A stretch of DNA of 64,000 nucleotides from an uncultured bacterium. Its GTDB lineage: Bacteria; Patescibacteriota; Minisyncoccia; Moranbacterales; GWC2-37-73. Location: the NCBI GenBank assembly GCA_903851135.1, contig CAINNK010000008.1, positions 13,136 to 77,135 on the forward strand, in the 5' to 3' direction. Each line of letters starts with the position of its first letter. Position 1 is the stretch's first letter. Under the pieces are notes generated by a model. The model was not told where the DNA came from and ran no database searches. It was given only the letters and a program-made list of their open reading frames with translations. Shown here piece by piece: positions 10,468 through 19,613 of the stretch. Position numbers and translations under genes: made by a program.

Positions 10468-10974
10468 TTAAAAAAGCAGCAAGATGATTATTGCTATTAT
10501 TGAGAAAATAATGTCATTCAGGTTGTTTCGCAGGTTCCAATCATAACGTTTGTCACCTTTGGGATAGGGATGGACCCAGCCGTGGAAATCGTAGATTTTT
10601 TTGAGAAAGTTGAAATTAAGTTTCCAATACAAGACAGTTAGTAAATCTGGGAGTAGGGAGAAAAAAGTTCCAGTGAAAATATTTTTTGCAGTTTCAATTG
10701 AAGCGTGTGAGAACTTTAGGTAAACAATGATGATAGCAAGGCCCGCAAAAAGATCAAGCGCTACTTTCCAGGCTGTATTTTTGAAAGTTGATCGGCGATT
10801 AAGATATTCTCCATGACGAAAAGTGTCGAGACAATAATGCAGCGCAATAGCCAGGGGTGCTATAATAAAAGGGTTTCTGATTTGTTTGCCCAGGGCGGCA
10901 CCGACCAGGGCGTGAGTGATTAGAATCATAAAACAATTTGAAATTTTTAATTTGAAATTTGAAATGAAATCCAA
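10468..10974 (-). CDS. Polytopic membrane protein, possibly DUF457/YdjM-like metal-dependent hydrolase; true start may be the internal Met at 10929 (MILITHALVG)
   Basis: Hydrophobic helices with conserved His/Asp (ITHALVGAALG, HYCLDTFRHGEY, LLPDLL, FHGWVH). The first 15 codons overlap a ttcaaat tandem repeat and are probably not coding. Confidence 0.4.
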   Translation of the reverse strand: MDFISNFKLKISNCFMILITHALVGAALGKQIRNPFIIAPLAIALHYCLDTFRHGEYLNRRSTFKNTAWKVALDLFAGLAIIIVYLKFSHASIETAKNIFTGTFFSLLPDLLTVLYWKLNFNFLKKIYDFHGWVHPYPKGDKRYDWNLRNNLNDIIFSIIAIIILLLF

Positions 10975-11069
10975 ATGACAAAATGTTTTTAGAGTTTAAG
11001 TTATTTGGAAATTAAAAATTGAGAGTTAATTTTATTTCAGAAATTTATATTTTAACTTAAATTTTCTAT

Positions 11070-11768
11070 ATGGAAAAAAACGGAACCCTTTTTATTATTG
11101 CTACGCCGATTGGAAATTTGGAGGACATTACTTTGCGGGCATTGCGCGTCTTGAAAGAAGTTGAGGCGATTGCTTGCGAGGACACGCGGGTGACTAGCAG
11201 GCTGCTTTCACATTATAACATATCCAAACCGCTACTTTCTCTGCACCAGCATAGTGGCGAGATTCAATTTGGAAAAATTCTGACTTTGTTGGCTGATGGC
11301 AAAAGCGTGGCGTATGCCAGCGATGCTGGCACGCCAGGAGTTTCTGATCCTGGAAACAAATTGGTTGCCCAAGCTCTTGCTCAGGATTTTGCGGTAGTTC
11401 CGATTCCAGGTGCGTCCGCCTTGGCAACCTTGATCAGTGTCAGCGGGATTGATATGCAGGTTTTTTCTTTTCTGGGTTTTCCGCCCCACAAAAAGGGACG
11501 TGAAACTTTTTTCAAAAATGTTTTAGCAAACAAAATTCCAATTGTTTACTATGATTCTCCGCATCGGGTAATCAAAAATTTGAAATTATTGGAATCATTG
11601 GAGAAGTTGGAATCAGACGCTGATGTTTCAATAAAGCAAATTATCATCGGCCGCGAACTGACTAAAATGTTTGAAGAAGTTGTTCGTGGAGATATTGCAG
11701 AAATTGAAACTTATTTTTCACAGCATCCGGAAAAGATGAAAGGCGAATTTTCGGTTATTGTTTTTTAG
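11070..11768 (+). CDS. rsmI: 16S rRNA (cytidine1402-2'-O)-methyltransferase RsmI (tetrapyrrole-methylase fold)
   Basis: N-terminus GTLFIIATPIGNLEDITLRALRVLKEVEAIACEDTR is diagnostic for RsmI. Confidence 0.85.
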   Translation: MEKNGTLFIIATPIGNLEDITLRALRVLKEVEAIACEDTRVTSRLLSHYNISKPLLSLHQHSGEIQFGKILTLLADGKSVAYASDAGTPGVSDPGNKLVAQALAQDFAVVPIPGASALATLISVSGIDMQVFSFLGFPPHKKGRETFFKNVLANKIPIVYYDSPHRVIKNLKLLESLEKLESDADVSIKQIIIGRELTKMFEEVVRGDIAEIETYFSQHPEKMKGEFSVIVF

Positions 11769-11904
11769 TTGATAAAATAGTTATGATGTGGGTATAATAA
11801 GGATATGAATCCAGTAGCGATAATTTGAAAAAAGATTACACTGATAGCTATTGGATTAATGAGATGATACTTTACGTAATTTTATTGAGAAATAGAGGTT
11901 TAAT

Positions 11905-13650
11905 TTGGGCAAAGCCCATTCAAATTTCTGCTACTGGATGAAAAAACAAATTCAAAAAATTATCGAAGATGCCTTGTTTAAGGTAAAAAATACCAATAAA
12001 TGGGTGGATTTTGAGATGCCTGAAATCATCATTGATTATCCAAAAAGTGAGCAATTTGGGGACTATTCTTCAAATATCGCCATGGTGTTGGCCAAAAAAA
12101 TTGGGAAAAGTCCAATGGAAATTGCAAGCCAAATTGTTATATTGTTAAATTGCTACATTGCTGAAAGGGAATTGAGTAAAACTTTTAAAAAGGTAGAGGT
12201 TGCAGCGCCAGGCTATTTGAATTTTTATTTGTCGAAAAAATATTTGCAGGATTTAGTTTTAAAAATAAATACTGAGAATGATAGTTTTGGAAACGGTGGA
12301 AAGAAAAAAGAAAAAGTGATGGTGGAATTTTCTCAACCAAACACACACAAAGAATTTCACATTGGTCATTTGCGCAATGTTTTTGTTGGTGATTCGCTCG
12401 TTAAGGTTATTAGAAAAGCTGGTAGCCAAGTGATTGGCGCAAACTACATTGGTGATACTGGATCTCACATTGCAAAATGTTTGTGGGGTATCACCAAATT
12501 TCACAGCCAAGAGAACCTTGATGAAATTTCAAATAAGGCTGAATTTTTGGGAAAGGTTTACACTCAAGCTGTGCAAGCGATTGCGGAAAATGCTGAATTT
12601 GAAAATGAATTTAAAAACATTCAAAATGAATTTGAAAATGGCGATCCAAAGTTGGTTGATTTGTGGCAAAAAACCAAGCAATGGTCTTTGGATGATTTTC
12701 AAAAAATTTATGATCAGTTGAGTGTGTTTTTTGACGTGTATTTTTGGGAAAGTGAAGAGGAACTTGAAGGCAAGAAAATGCTCAAGGAATTGCTGAAAGT
12801 TTCTTGCATCAAAGAAAGTCAGGGCGCTATTGTGGCTGATTTGGAAGAATACGGATTGGGCGTGCTTGTTTTGGTCAGAAAAGATGGGAGCGCGCTTTAT
12901 GGACTCAAGGACATTTCCTTGGCGGTGAAAAAATTCAGAGAATTTGAAATTGACCGAAGCGTGATTGTGGTTGATTTGCGTCAGAGTTTGTATTTCAAGC
13001 AATTGTTCAAAGTGCTTGAGTGTATGGGTTTTCACAAGAATATGCAGCATGTCGGCTATGAATTTGTTTCCTTGAAGGGAAGTGAGATGATGTCTTCCAG
13101 AAAAGGAAATATTATTCCGGCAACCTATTTGATTCAAGAAACTATTAAGAGAGTGAAGGAAAAATTTCCAGAAACTGATGTGGCTGAGCAAATTGCAATC
13201 GGGGCTTTGAAATTCTATATGCTGAAATATTCTTCGCAATCAAAAATTGAATATGACATTGAAGAATCTGTGAAGCTAGATGGAGCAACCGGACCGTATG
13301 TGCAATACGCACATGCCAGAATCTGTAGTATTTTAAAGAAGGCAGAAGACTTAAAGTATGACGAAAATTTGGCATTACTGGTGAATGAAAAAGAGTTAAG
13401 TTTAATCAAAGAACTTAATAATTTTCCACAACTAGTGGAGTTGGTGGCTGAAACTTATGAGGTTAATAAGCTTGCTCATTATGCTATTAAATTGGCGGAT
13501 AAATTTCATTCTTTTTATGGTGCTTACAAGGTTATTGATGAGCAAAATCCGCAGCTTTCGGGCGCTAGACTTGCTTTGATAAATGCGGTTAAAATTGTGC
13601 TAGCCGAGACGTTGGCCCTGATTGGAGTTGAAGCGCCAGAGAAAATGTAA
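11905..13650 (+). CDS. argS: Arginyl-tRNA synthetase
   Basis: Class I HIGH variant (EFHIGHLRN). C-terminal DALR anticodon-binding-like region. The protein ends ...GVEAPEKM, the terminal-Met signature of ArgRS. TTG start with AGAGG SD. 581 aa. Confidence 0.85.
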   Translation: MGKAHSNFCYWMKKQIQKIIEDALFKVKNTNKWVDFEMPEIIIDYPKSEQFGDYSSNIAMVLAKKIGKSPMEIASQIVILLNCYIAERELSKTFKKVEVAAPGYLNFYLSKKYLQDLVLKINTENDSFGNGGKKKEKVMVEFSQPNTHKEFHIGHLRNVFVGDSLVKVIRKAGSQVIGANYIGDTGSHIAKCLWGITKFHSQENLDEISNKAEFLGKVYTQAVQAIAENAEFENEFKNIQNEFENGDPKLVDLWQKTKQWSLDDFQKIYDQLSVFFDVYFWESEEELEGKKMLKELLKVSCIKESQGAIVADLEEYGLGVLVLVRKDGSALYGLKDISLAVKKFREFEIDRSVIVVDLRQSLYFKQLFKVLECMGFHKNMQHVGYEFVSLKGSEMMSSRKGNIIPATYLIQETIKRVKEKFPETDVAEQIAIGALKFYMLKYSSQSKIEYDIEESVKLDGATGPYVQYAHARICSILKKAEDLKYDENLALLVNEKELSLIKELNNFPQLVELVAETYEVNKLAHYAIKLADKFHSFYGAYKVIDEQNPQLSGARLALINAVKIVLAETLALIGVEAPEKM

Positions 13651-13720
13651 AAACCTATGAAATTATTATAAAAAAATCGATTTATATACAAATTAGGGTT
13701 TTGAGAAACTAAGTTAGGAA

Positions 13721-13835
13721 TTTTTACTTCCCTTGTTTACTTTTTAGGACACGCTCTTGGTCAGGAATTATAACCAATCGCTCAGAATTCGCTGTCGCTC
13801 ATAATGGTCTAAAAAGTAAACAAGGGAAGTAAAAA
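13721..13835. repeat. Long inverted repeat (27-bp perfect arms, about 61-nt spacer) in the argS-glycosyltransferase intergenic region
   Basis: TTTTTACTTCCCTTGTTTACTTTTTAG ... CTAAAAAGTAAACAAGGGAAGTAAAAA, a perfect reverse complement. Confidence 0.9.
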
Positions 13836-13889
13836 TCTAGAGATAATTTTTAGTTGGAATCATGAATTACTTATGATTCAAAAAATCAT

Positions 13890-15053
13890 ATGAAAATTGG
13901 AATTGATGCGAGATCTATTTTAAACCCAGCTAAGGGCGATGCAATTGGAGTGGGTCACTACACCTATCAGCTTATTCGACACTTGCTGGAAATCGACACA
14001 GAAAATGAATATGTACTTTTCTTTGATTTTCGAGTGCGGGAAAAAGATGTGAAGAAATTTTCCAAGCCGAATGTTCAAATCAGGTTTTATCCTTTTTCGG
14101 ATTACAAAAAATATTTGCCGGGAGCTTATAGCGAAATTTTGGGAACGGCCACTTTGCAAAAAGAAAACTTGGATGTGCTGCATTCAACTTCAGCGCTCAA
14201 TCGCATTCCAATGGGCTATCAAGGCAAAACCATTGTGACTTTTCATGACATGGCGGCTTTTGAGATTCCTCAGTATTTGCCAGCTGTTGGCCGAACCAGG
14301 GACAAAGCAATTTCCAATATCATGGCCGCCAAGGCAGTTAAAATCATTGCCGTTTCAAATTCGGTCAAAGCGGAACTCAAAAAACATTTGAAAATTGTCG
14401 AGGAAAAAATGGAAGTTATTTATAGTGGTCTGGACGGACGATTTTTTCAAGAGCCGGAAACGAGTGGGGCCAAAATTTTGAGCAAATATGATATCAGCAA
14501 GAAATACATTTTGTTTTTGGGAACCTTGGAACCGTCAAAAAATATTGCGCAACTTTTGGAAGCTTTTGCAAAATTCAAAAATCTGCAGAAAAAACAAAAC
14601 GGTGGCAAATTTGATTTTCAATTGGTGTTGGCTGGTAAGCGTGGTTGGATGTCAAAAGCTTATCCTCAAATTATCAAGGATTTGGGTTTGATTAAGGATG
14701 TGATTTTCACGGGCTATATCATTGGCGACGAGCTGGTGCCACTGTTTCGTGGGGCTGAGTTTTTCGTGATGCCATCTTTTCATGAAGGTTTTGGGATGAC
14801 GGTGTTGGAAGCATTTGCCACGCAGACCCCGGCGATTGTTTCCAATGTGGCATCATTGCCAGAAATTGCTGGCGATGCAGCACTGTTTGTTGATCCGATG
14901 AGCGTTGAAGAAATTACCAAAGCAATGAGCACGCTGGCTAACGACCCAGCTCTTTGCGCTGAGCTTCGCAACAAAGGTTTGGAGCAAGCCAAAAAATTTG
15001 ATTGGAAAAAAACCGCCCAGCAGACGTTGGAGATTTACAAAAGTTTAAAATAG
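13890..15053 (+). CDS. Glycosyltransferase family 4 (GT-B fold)
   Basis: C-terminal E-x7-E region PSFHEGFGMTVLEAFATQTPAIVSNVASLPEIAGDAALFVDP typical of GT4 glycosyl transferases. Confidence 0.85.
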   Translation: MKIGIDARSILNPAKGDAIGVGHYTYQLIRHLLEIDTENEYVLFFDFRVREKDVKKFSKPNVQIRFYPFSDYKKYLPGAYSEILGTATLQKENLDVLHSTSALNRIPMGYQGKTIVTFHDMAAFEIPQYLPAVGRTRDKAISNIMAAKAVKIIAVSNSVKAELKKHLKIVEEKMEVIYSGLDGRFFQEPETSGAKILSKYDISKKYILFLGTLEPSKNIAQLLEAFAKFKNLQKKQNGGKFDFQLVLAGKRGWMSKAYPQIIKDLGLIKDVIFTGYIIGDELVPLFRGAEFFVMPSFHEGFGMTVLEAFATQTPAIVSNVASLPEIAGDAALFVDPMSVEEITKAMSTLANDPALCAELRNKGLEQAKKFDWKKTAQQTLEIYKSLK

Positions 15054-15059
15054 GAATAA

Positions 15060-15340
15060 AATAGATTTAAAGGCAATGAGGGAGCTATCACTCTCTCGCC
15101 CAGGTGAAATTTTCGCTTTGCGAATTTCACTGGGCAGGCCATGCGAAGAAAATCGCCAAGGAGGCGGAAAGTAGAACGCGTCGGGTAGGCCCGTAACAGC
15201 TTGAAAAGAGGGCTTTAGCTTCATTAGCTTCGTTAGTTTTTAGGAAAATGAATTTTTTCTATAAGCTATAAGCTATAAGCTATAAGCTAAACTAAGGTGG
15301 TACCACGAATCATTTCGTCCTTATGCATTTTTTGCGTAGG
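15060..15340 (+). promoter_or_regulatory. T-box riboswitch-like leader of ileS (GC-rich structured 5' region with antiterminator T-box sequence)
   Basis: AAGGUGGUACCACG at 15294-15307 matches the T-box consensus AGGGUGGNACCGCG. Helix A1 AAGG/CCUU, 7-nt bulge UGGUACC (UGGU matches the tRNA-Ile NCCA end with discriminator A) and helix A2 ACG/CGU are all present. The GC-rich island 15085-15200 contains an AUCA triplet in a hairpin loop. ileS is a classic T-box-regulated gene. Confidence 0.45.
15262..15287. repeat. Heptamer tandem repeat (ATAAGCT)4
   Basis: ctataagctataagctataagctataagcta, directly 5' of the T-box motif. Confidence 0.9.
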
Positions 15341-15546
15341 GATTTTTGTTTATTCTCTACGAATTACGAATTTTTACGAATGTACGAAAAATTTAACTCC
15401 TCCCTTTAGAAAAGGGAGGTTGGGAGGGATTTGAAAAATTTTCTTTGCAAATATAGTTTTTCAAATCCACCTTAATCCTCTTTTTCTAAAGGAGGAAAAA
15501 ATAAATTTGTAGGATTTAAGATATTAATAATTTTAGATAAAAACAT

Positions 15547-18500
15547 ATGAATTTTAAGAAGGTTGATGTCAAACAAAGTTTTCCGAAGATGGAGGAAGAG
15601 ATTTTGAAATTTTGGGAAACTGAAAAAATTTTTGAAAAATCTTTGGAAAAAACCAAGGGTGGGAAGCCCTACACTTTTTTTGATGGGCCACCTTTTGCGA
15701 CGGGCACGCCTCATCATGGGCATATTGTGGGCAGTGTGATGAAAGATGTGGTGCCGAGATTTTGGACAATGAAAGGACGACATGTGGAAAGAAAATGGGG
15801 TTGGGATTGCCATGGGCTGCCGATTGAAAACATTGCTGAAAAAGAATTGGGTTTCAAGCACAAGAAAGATATCGAGGAATATGGTGTTGATAAGTTCAAC
15901 GAGTTTTGTCGCAGCAAAGTTTTGGGTTATGTGGATGATTGGAAAAAAGTAATCAACCGATTGGGCCGCTGGGCTGACATGGAAAATGCCTACAAGACCA
16001 TGGATTTGAAGTATATGGAATCAGTTTGGTGGGTTTTCAAAGAATTGTGGGACAAAGGCTTGATTTATGAAGGTTATCGTTCCATGCACATTTGCACTCG
16101 CTGCGAAACCACCCTTTCTCAACAGGAAGTTTCGGAAGGATACAAGGATATCAAGGATTTATCAGTGGTTGCAAAGTTTGAGTTGCTCTCTACGAATTAC
16201 CTGCCTACCGGACAGGCAGGCGAATCTGATACGAATGTACGAAAAGAAGACGAAGCCAAGACTTATATTTTGGCGTGGACAACGACGCCTTGGACTTTGA
16301 TTGGAAATGTGGCGCTGGCAGTGGGGAAGGATATTGAATATGAATATTTACAAATAGATGCTAGTGATAGCGCTAAATTCAATAAGGGCGATATTTATAT
16401 TGTAGGTTTGGAAAAAATTAAAAATGTATCAGGAGGAACTTTAGCTGTTTATGATTGGGGATACAATGTTAATTTTGCAAATGAGGGTAACGTTTCTTTT
16501 AAGCGAATAAAGACCATAAAGGGTTCTGATCTGATTGGTAAAACCTACAAGCCGCTTTTTGATTATTATCAGACTCCGGATTTGGAAAATGCAGAAAATG
16601 GCTGGAAAATTTATGCGGGTGATTTTGTGACGACGGAAGATGGAGTGGGTGTGGTGCATATCGCGCCGGCTTTTGGGGAGGATGATATGAATTTGGGAAA
16701 GGAAAACAATTTGCCTTTCATTCAGCATGTGAAAATGGATGGAACCATTAAAGAGCAAGCGACTGACTTTGCTGGGATGAATGTAAAATCCTTGGAAGAT
16801 CATATGCAGACTGACATTGAAATTATCAAATATCTGGCAAAGCATGGCACGCTTTTTTCCAAAGAAAAATATGAGCACAGTTATCCGCATTGTTGGCGCT
16901 GCGATACACCGTTAATCAACTACGCAACCACTTCTTGGTTTGTCAGTGTTGGCAAAGTGAAGCAGCGAGCGCTTGAGCTAGCCAAGGAAATCACTTGGTT
17001 TCCGGCGCATATCAAAGATGGACGTTTCGGAAAATGGTTGGAAGGCGCTCGTGATTGGTCAATTTCCCGTCAGCGTTTTTGGGCGTCAGTGATGCCGATT
17101 TGGCGCTGTGAATGCGGCGAGATGAAAGTTTTTGGCTCAGTAGCTGACTTGGAAAAAGTTTCAGGTGAAAAAATATCAGACTTGCATAAACACATTGTCG
17201 ACAAAATAACTGTGCCATGTGAAAAGTGTGGAAAACAAATGCACCGCGTGCCGGATGTTTTGGACACTTGGTTTGACTCTGGTTCGATGCCATATGCTCA
17301 GCAGCACTATCCATTTGAAAATCAAGAAAAATTTGAAGACGGTTTTCCAGCTGAATTCATCGCAGAGGGCGTGGATCAAACTCGCGCTTGGTTTTATTAT
17401 TTGCATTTGATTGCCACGGCCATCAAAGATAAAAATGCTTTCAACAATGTCATCGTTAATGGAATCGTGTTGGCGGAAGATGGCAAGAAAATGTCCAAGC
17501 GGCTGCAGAATTATCCAGATCCGACTTATCTTTTTGACAAATATGGAGCTGATGCTCTCAGATTTTATTTGATGTCTTCGCCAGTGGTGGCTGCGGACAA
17601 TTTGAATTTCAAAGAAAGCGATGTTTCTGATTTGGTGCGCGGAATGTTTCGCATGCTTTGGAATTCGTATTCGTTTTTTGCACTTTACGCCAACATTGAT
17701 GGCTTTGATTCAAAAAAGAAAAATGAAAAATCCGAAAATCTTTTGGACAAATGGATTTTGTCAGAACTGCATATTCTCATCAAAGAAGTCAATGAAAATA
17801 TGGAAAAATATGATTTGGCACGCACAGCCAGACTGTTTCCAAAATTTATCGACAATCTTTCCAATTGGTACATTCGCCGCTCTCGCAAAAGATTTTGGAA
17901 ATCTGAAAATGATGCTGACAAGGATTTTGCTTATCAAACTCTGCACACCGTGTTGGTTGAACTTTCAAAATTGATGGCACCATTCACGCCGTTCATGTCG
18001 GAAGAAATTTACAGGAATTTGGTTAGCAGTTCACAGTCAACAGTTCACGGCGAAGAGAGTGTTCATCTTGCTGATTTTCCAGTGGCGGATGAGAGTTTGA
18101 TTGATGAAAAGTTGAATGAAGACATGGAATTGGTAAGATTTATTGTTACGGAGGGGCTTAGAAGTCGTGCTGAGCATAAAATAAAAGTAAGGCAACCATT
18201 GAAATCTGTAACTGCAAGACCAATAAGAATTGAATTGCAAGAAATGGTAAAAGAAGAACTTAATGTTAAAGAATATAATAGTGATGGTTTTAAAGATGGC
18301 GAAGAAGGATTTTTTAATATGTTAGATCTTTCTATTACTCCCGAACTTAAACTCGAAGGTCAAGCTCGTGAAATTGTGCGTTTCATTCAGGAAATGCGTA
18401 AGCAGGCAGGTTATGAAGTTGAAAATCATATCAGCGTTCAATTCGAAGGTCTTGATGAAGTTTTTGAAAAGTTTTCAGATTTGATTGCCAAGGAAACTTT

Positions 18501-18597
18501 ATCGGATTCAATTGAAAAAGGTGCTGGCGAAGATTTTGATTTGAAGAAGGAATTGGAGGTGGATGGAAAAAAAATATTAATAGCTGTGAAGAAATAG
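15547..18597 (+). CDS. ileS: Isoleucyl-tRNA synthetase
   Basis: HIGH motif PPFATGTPHHGHIVGS, KMSKS motif KMSKRLQN, editing-domain sequences. 1016 aa. In-frame repeat inserts at about 16190-16240 (YLPTGQAGESDTNVRKED from ctacgaat/cctgcctaccggacaggcagg/tacgaatgtacgaa modules) and 18028-18055 (SSSQSTVHGEES). Confidence 0.95.
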   Translation: MNFKKVDVKQSFPKMEEEILKFWETEKIFEKSLEKTKGGKPYTFFDGPPFATGTPHHGHIVGSVMKDVVPRFWTMKGRHVERKWGWDCHGLPIENIAEKELGFKHKKDIEEYGVDKFNEFCRSKVLGYVDDWKKVINRLGRWADMENAYKTMDLKYMESVWWVFKELWDKGLIYEGYRSMHICTRCETTLSQQEVSEGYKDIKDLSVVAKFELLSTNYLPTGQAGESDTNVRKEDEAKTYILAWTTTPWTLIGNVALAVGKDIEYEYLQIDASDSAKFNKGDIYIVGLEKIKNVSGGTLAVYDWGYNVNFANEGNVSFKRIKTIKGSDLIGKTYKPLFDYYQTPDLENAENGWKIYAGDFVTTEDGVGVVHIAPAFGEDDMNLGKENNLPFIQHVKMDGTIKEQATDFAGMNVKSLEDHMQTDIEIIKYLAKHGTLFSKEKYEHSYPHCWRCDTPLINYATTSWFVSVGKVKQRALELAKEITWFPAHIKDGRFGKWLEGARDWSISRQRFWASVMPIWRCECGEMKVFGSVADLEKVSGEKISDLHKHIVDKITVPCEKCGKQMHRVPDVLDTWFDSGSMPYAQQHYPFENQEKFEDGFPAEFIAEGVDQTRAWFYYLHLIATAIKDKNAFNNVIVNGIVLAEDGKKMSKRLQNYPDPTYLFDKYGADALRFYLMSSPVVAADNLNFKESDVSDLVRGMFRMLWNSYSFFALYANIDGFDSKKKNEKSENLLDKWILSELHILIKEVNENMEKYDLARTARLFPKFIDNLSNWYIRRSRKRFWKSENDADKDFAYQTLHTVLVELSKLMAPFTPFMSEEIYRNLVSSSQSTVHGEESVHLADFPVADESLIDEKLNEDMELVRFIVTEGLRSRAEHKIKVRQPLKSVTARPIRIELQEMVKEELNVKEYNSDGFKDGEEGFFNMLDLSITPELKLEGQAREIVRFIQEMRKQAGYEVENHISVQFEGLDEVFEKFSDLIAKETLSDSIEKGAGEDFDLKKELEVDGKKILIAVKK

Positions 18598-18803
18598 TAT
18601 TCTTCAATGAAGTCTTTGCGAGCATGTAATCATGCGAAGTAATCCAGGGCTCTGTAAAATCCTGGATCGCCACAGATTTCGAGTACAAAATCTTCGCGAT
18701 GATGAGGGGGAATAAAATTTATTTGTAGATTTGTAGCTGATTTGCAGATTTGTGGGTCTTTTTCTAAAATCCAGAATCAAGAATCTAAAATCTGTCCCAA
18801 AAA

Positions 18804-19520
18804 ATGGAATACAAATACACTGCAATCATTTTAAACAAACGCAATGTGGGGGAAACGGATCGCATTTGCACGATGTACTCTCTTGAAGGTGGCAAAATAA
18901 AGTCAGTGGCCAAGGGCGTGCGCAAACCGCAGGCGAAGTTGGCGGCTTCCTTGGAAAGTATCACCTTGGCGGATGTCACGATTGTGCGCAGTCGCGGGCT
19001 GGGAAAAATCACTGGTTCAATTGTGGAGAACAATTTTACGGCCATCAAAAAAGATGAGCAAGCCTTGCTGAATGTTTTTGCGGTTTTTCATTTGTTCGAC
19101 AAACTGGTTGATTTTGAAAATCCAGATCAAGGTGTTTTCGAGTTGCTGCAAAAATATCTCGAGAGCATGGAGAAAGCTGTCGGTGGTGGCGACGAGCAAA
19201 AATATCTGATTTTTCGTTATGGTTTTATAGTGAAACTGCTGGATGCGCTTGGTTATGCCATTGGGGTTGATGTTTGCGCTGCCTGTGGCTGCGAGCTGAC
19301 TCCGGCTAAGATTTGTTTTTCTTCGCAGCAAGGTGGAGTTTTGTGCGAGCAGTGTGCCAAACAAGACAAGGATGCAATTTTGGTCAGTGTTAATGCGGTC
19401 AAAATGCTGCGACTTTTTTTGAAAAATGACCTGCCAACTTTTGCAAAGATCCAAGCCTTCCGACAAGATTTTGACAGCATGCGGCTGGCGGTGGATGATT
19501 TTTTGAGATGGAACCTATAG
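18804..19520 (+). CDS. recO: DNA repair protein RecO
   Basis: N-terminal OB-fold pattern (AIILNKRNVGETDRICTMYSLEGGKIKSVAKGVRK) and C-terminal Cys4 zinc motif (CAACGCE...CEQC). 238 aa. Confidence 0.8.
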   Translation: MEYKYTAIILNKRNVGETDRICTMYSLEGGKIKSVAKGVRKPQAKLAASLESITLADVTIVRSRGLGKITGSIVENNFTAIKKDEQALLNVFAVFHLFDKLVDFENPDQGVFELLQKYLESMEKAVGGGDEQKYLIFRYGFIVKLLDALGYAIGVDVCAACGCELTPAKICFSSQQGGVLCEQCAKQDKDAILVSVNAVKMLRLFLKNDLPTFAKIQAFRQDFDSMRLAVDDFLRWNL

Positions 19521-19613
19521 GGTTCAAATTGTTATATTGTTACATTGCTAAATTGTTGAAAATTTTTAAAAGATTTACTTTTCCTTTGAGTTTTTTTACT
19601 CTATAATATCCAT

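Noticed and set aside
15085-15200. Small SRP (4.5S) RNA in the GC-rich island upstream of ileS
   Set aside because: Partial resemblance (CAGGCCA...GCCAAGG) but no GNRA-capped domain IV helix and no paired 5'/3' ends. The region fits better as part of the ileS T-box leader.
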